A DNA stretch of 48,000 nucleotides from Nostoc sp. GTDB lineage: Bacteria > Cyanobacteriota > Cyanobacteriia > Cyanobacteriales > Nostocaceae. Each line of letters opens with the position of its first letter. Positions within the stretch are counted from its first letter, which is position 1. The position numbers and the translations under genes are program-made. The notes under the pieces are model-generated. The model saw only the letters and a list, made by a program, of their open reading frames with translations, was not told where the DNA came from and did no database searches. Shown here in pieces: positions 47,098 through 48,000 of the stretch. The DNA lies in the NCBI RefSeq assembly GCF_036917275.1, contig NZ_JBALDF010000071.1, forward strand, positions 487 through 48,486. Direction: 5' to 3'.

Positions 47098-47328
47098 GAG
47101 TCTTTAATACTCGCGGGAGAGTCTTTTATACTCGTGAGCGAGTCTTTTATACTCGTGAGCGAGTCTTTTATACTCGCGGGAGAGTCTTTTATACTCGTGG
47201 ACGAGTCTTTTATACTCGCGGGAGAGTCTTTTATACTCGCGGGAGAGTCTTTGATACTCATCGGCGAGTCTTTGATACTCATCGGCGAGTCTTTGATACT
47301 CGTGGACGAGTCTTTGATACTCGTCAAT
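47098..47328. repeat. Perfectly periodic tandem array: 11 copies of a 21-bp unit GAGTCTTT(T/G/A)ATACTC(G/A)NNNNN
   Basis: GAGTC starts fall at 47098, 47119, 47140, 47161, 47182, 47203, 47224, 47245, 47266, 47287 and 47308, exactly 21 bp apart. Each unit contains the small inverted repeat GAGT-N7-ACTC. Three overlapping ORFs (heptad peptides) result from the periodicity. Confidence 0.9.
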
Positions 47329-47517
47329 CAAAATTAAGGCATTTTCAAATAAAAAATATTTAACTATTTTTTTGGGATGGGCATCTTACCCGTCCTATGA
47401 ATTGTGAAAGTGAGAGAGCTTACCCCACAATATCTAACTTTTTAAATCAGGAATTAGGAACTGTAAGGTTGTTGTTATACCCATAACCGCATGTAATCTG
47501 CTGCCTTGCTCTCTATT

Positions 47518-48000
47518 ATGCTCACCATACTCTGCCACACCAGCAAGCGATCACTCTTTTTCCTTTTCTGTTTCACCCTACTCCTGACTTTCTTCCTCTC
47601 TCTACCTTGGGTAAACGCTGAAGAAAAGCTTCAGCCAGAAGCATGGCAGATTAACGGTATCGTAGCAGCCCTAAAAGACCCAATACCTAAAGTTAGGGCT
47701 AAAGCAGCAGAACACTTTCAGCAATATCAGCTAGATAACCCTAAATCTCAGATAAAAAACTATGATGAGCTTGTAAAACAGTTTGCCAAACAGTTGCAGG
47801 ATAAAGATCCACCAGTTTCCCGTAAAGCAGCAGCACAGGCATTAGGGCAGATGCAAGCCAAGGAACAAGCTCCACAACTTACCCTCATGCTCAAAGATCC
47901 TGACTCTGATGTCCGTAATGCAGCAGCACAGGCATTAGGGCAGATGCAAGCCAAGGAACAAGCTCCACAAGTTGCAAAACTGCTTACAGATTCTAACTTT
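47518..48000 (+). CDS. Secreted HEAT-repeat (PBS-lyase-type) protein, 3' end outside the window
   Basis: It is not in the ORF track because no stop falls in the window. The ATG is at 47518, with signal-like 'LFFLFCFTLLLTFFLSLPWVNA'. Repeated 'KDPxxxVRxAAAQALGQMQAKEQAPQ' units follow. The frame is open to base 48000. Confidence 0.75.
   Translation, partial: MLTILCHTSKRSLFFLFCFTLLLTFFLSLPWVNAEEKLQPEAWQINGIVAALKDPIPKVRAKAAEHFQQYQLDNPKSQIKNYDELVKQFAKQLQDKDPPVSRKAAAQALGQMQAKEQAPQLTLMLKDPDSDVRNAAAQALGQMQAKEQAPQVAKLLTDSNF

Noticed and set aside
47025-47337. Three overlapping ORFs (100, 75 and 67 aa) over the 21-bp array
   Set aside because: All three arise because a 21-nt unit lacking stops stays open in several frames. 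There is no SD sequence, starts are TTG or internal, and the ORFs are mutually exclusive. They are kept only as a caveat in the array finding (heptad-like EYKRLSR frame).

Overview
This window looks like chromosomal DNA from a filamentous, heterocyst-type cyanobacterium (Nostoc/Anabaena-like). GCGATCGC (HIP1) sites are frequent, tandem heptamer (STRR-type) repeats occur, and small hairpin and MITE-like repeats lie in most intergenic gaps. All family names come from reading motifs in the translated ORFs; no database search was run.

Most of the window is housekeeping. It holds gcvT-gcvH-gcvP, a CrtO-like carotenoid ketolase beside two cytochrome P450 genes, and a 737-aa TPP enzyme of the phosphoketolase/transketolase type. 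It also holds an RR-PP2C/STAS pair, sulfiredoxin plus Dps, a SpoIID-like protein, petF ferredoxin, biliverdin reductase, map, an S9 peptidase and chlP.

Four regions stand out:
1. About 19.2-24.3 kb is an AT-rich (by eye) accessory island. It opens with roughly ten phased 21-bp dyad repeats, bracketed by a duplicated copy of the neighbouring gene's 3' end and terminator. Next come a 442-aa protein with an N-terminal GIY-YIG nuclease domain and an unassignable C-terminal region, then a run of intact and decayed toxin-antitoxin genes. This is my best candidate for an undescribed mobile, maintenance or defence module.
2. An ORF-containing group II intron (35329 to about 37548) sits inside the last codons of the biliverdin reductase gene. 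EBS1/EBS2 sequences in the intron match the upstream exon.
3. A second, perfectly periodic 21-bp x 11 array lies at 47.1-47.3 kb. Its core resembles the first array.
4. Several repeat insertions alter genes or other repeats: a MITE supplies the C-terminus of an epimerase-like gene, heptamers are inserted in frame in gcvP, a MITE is nested in a palindrome, and a 201-bp unit is tandemly duplicated.

No tRNA, rRNA or CRISPR array was recognised.
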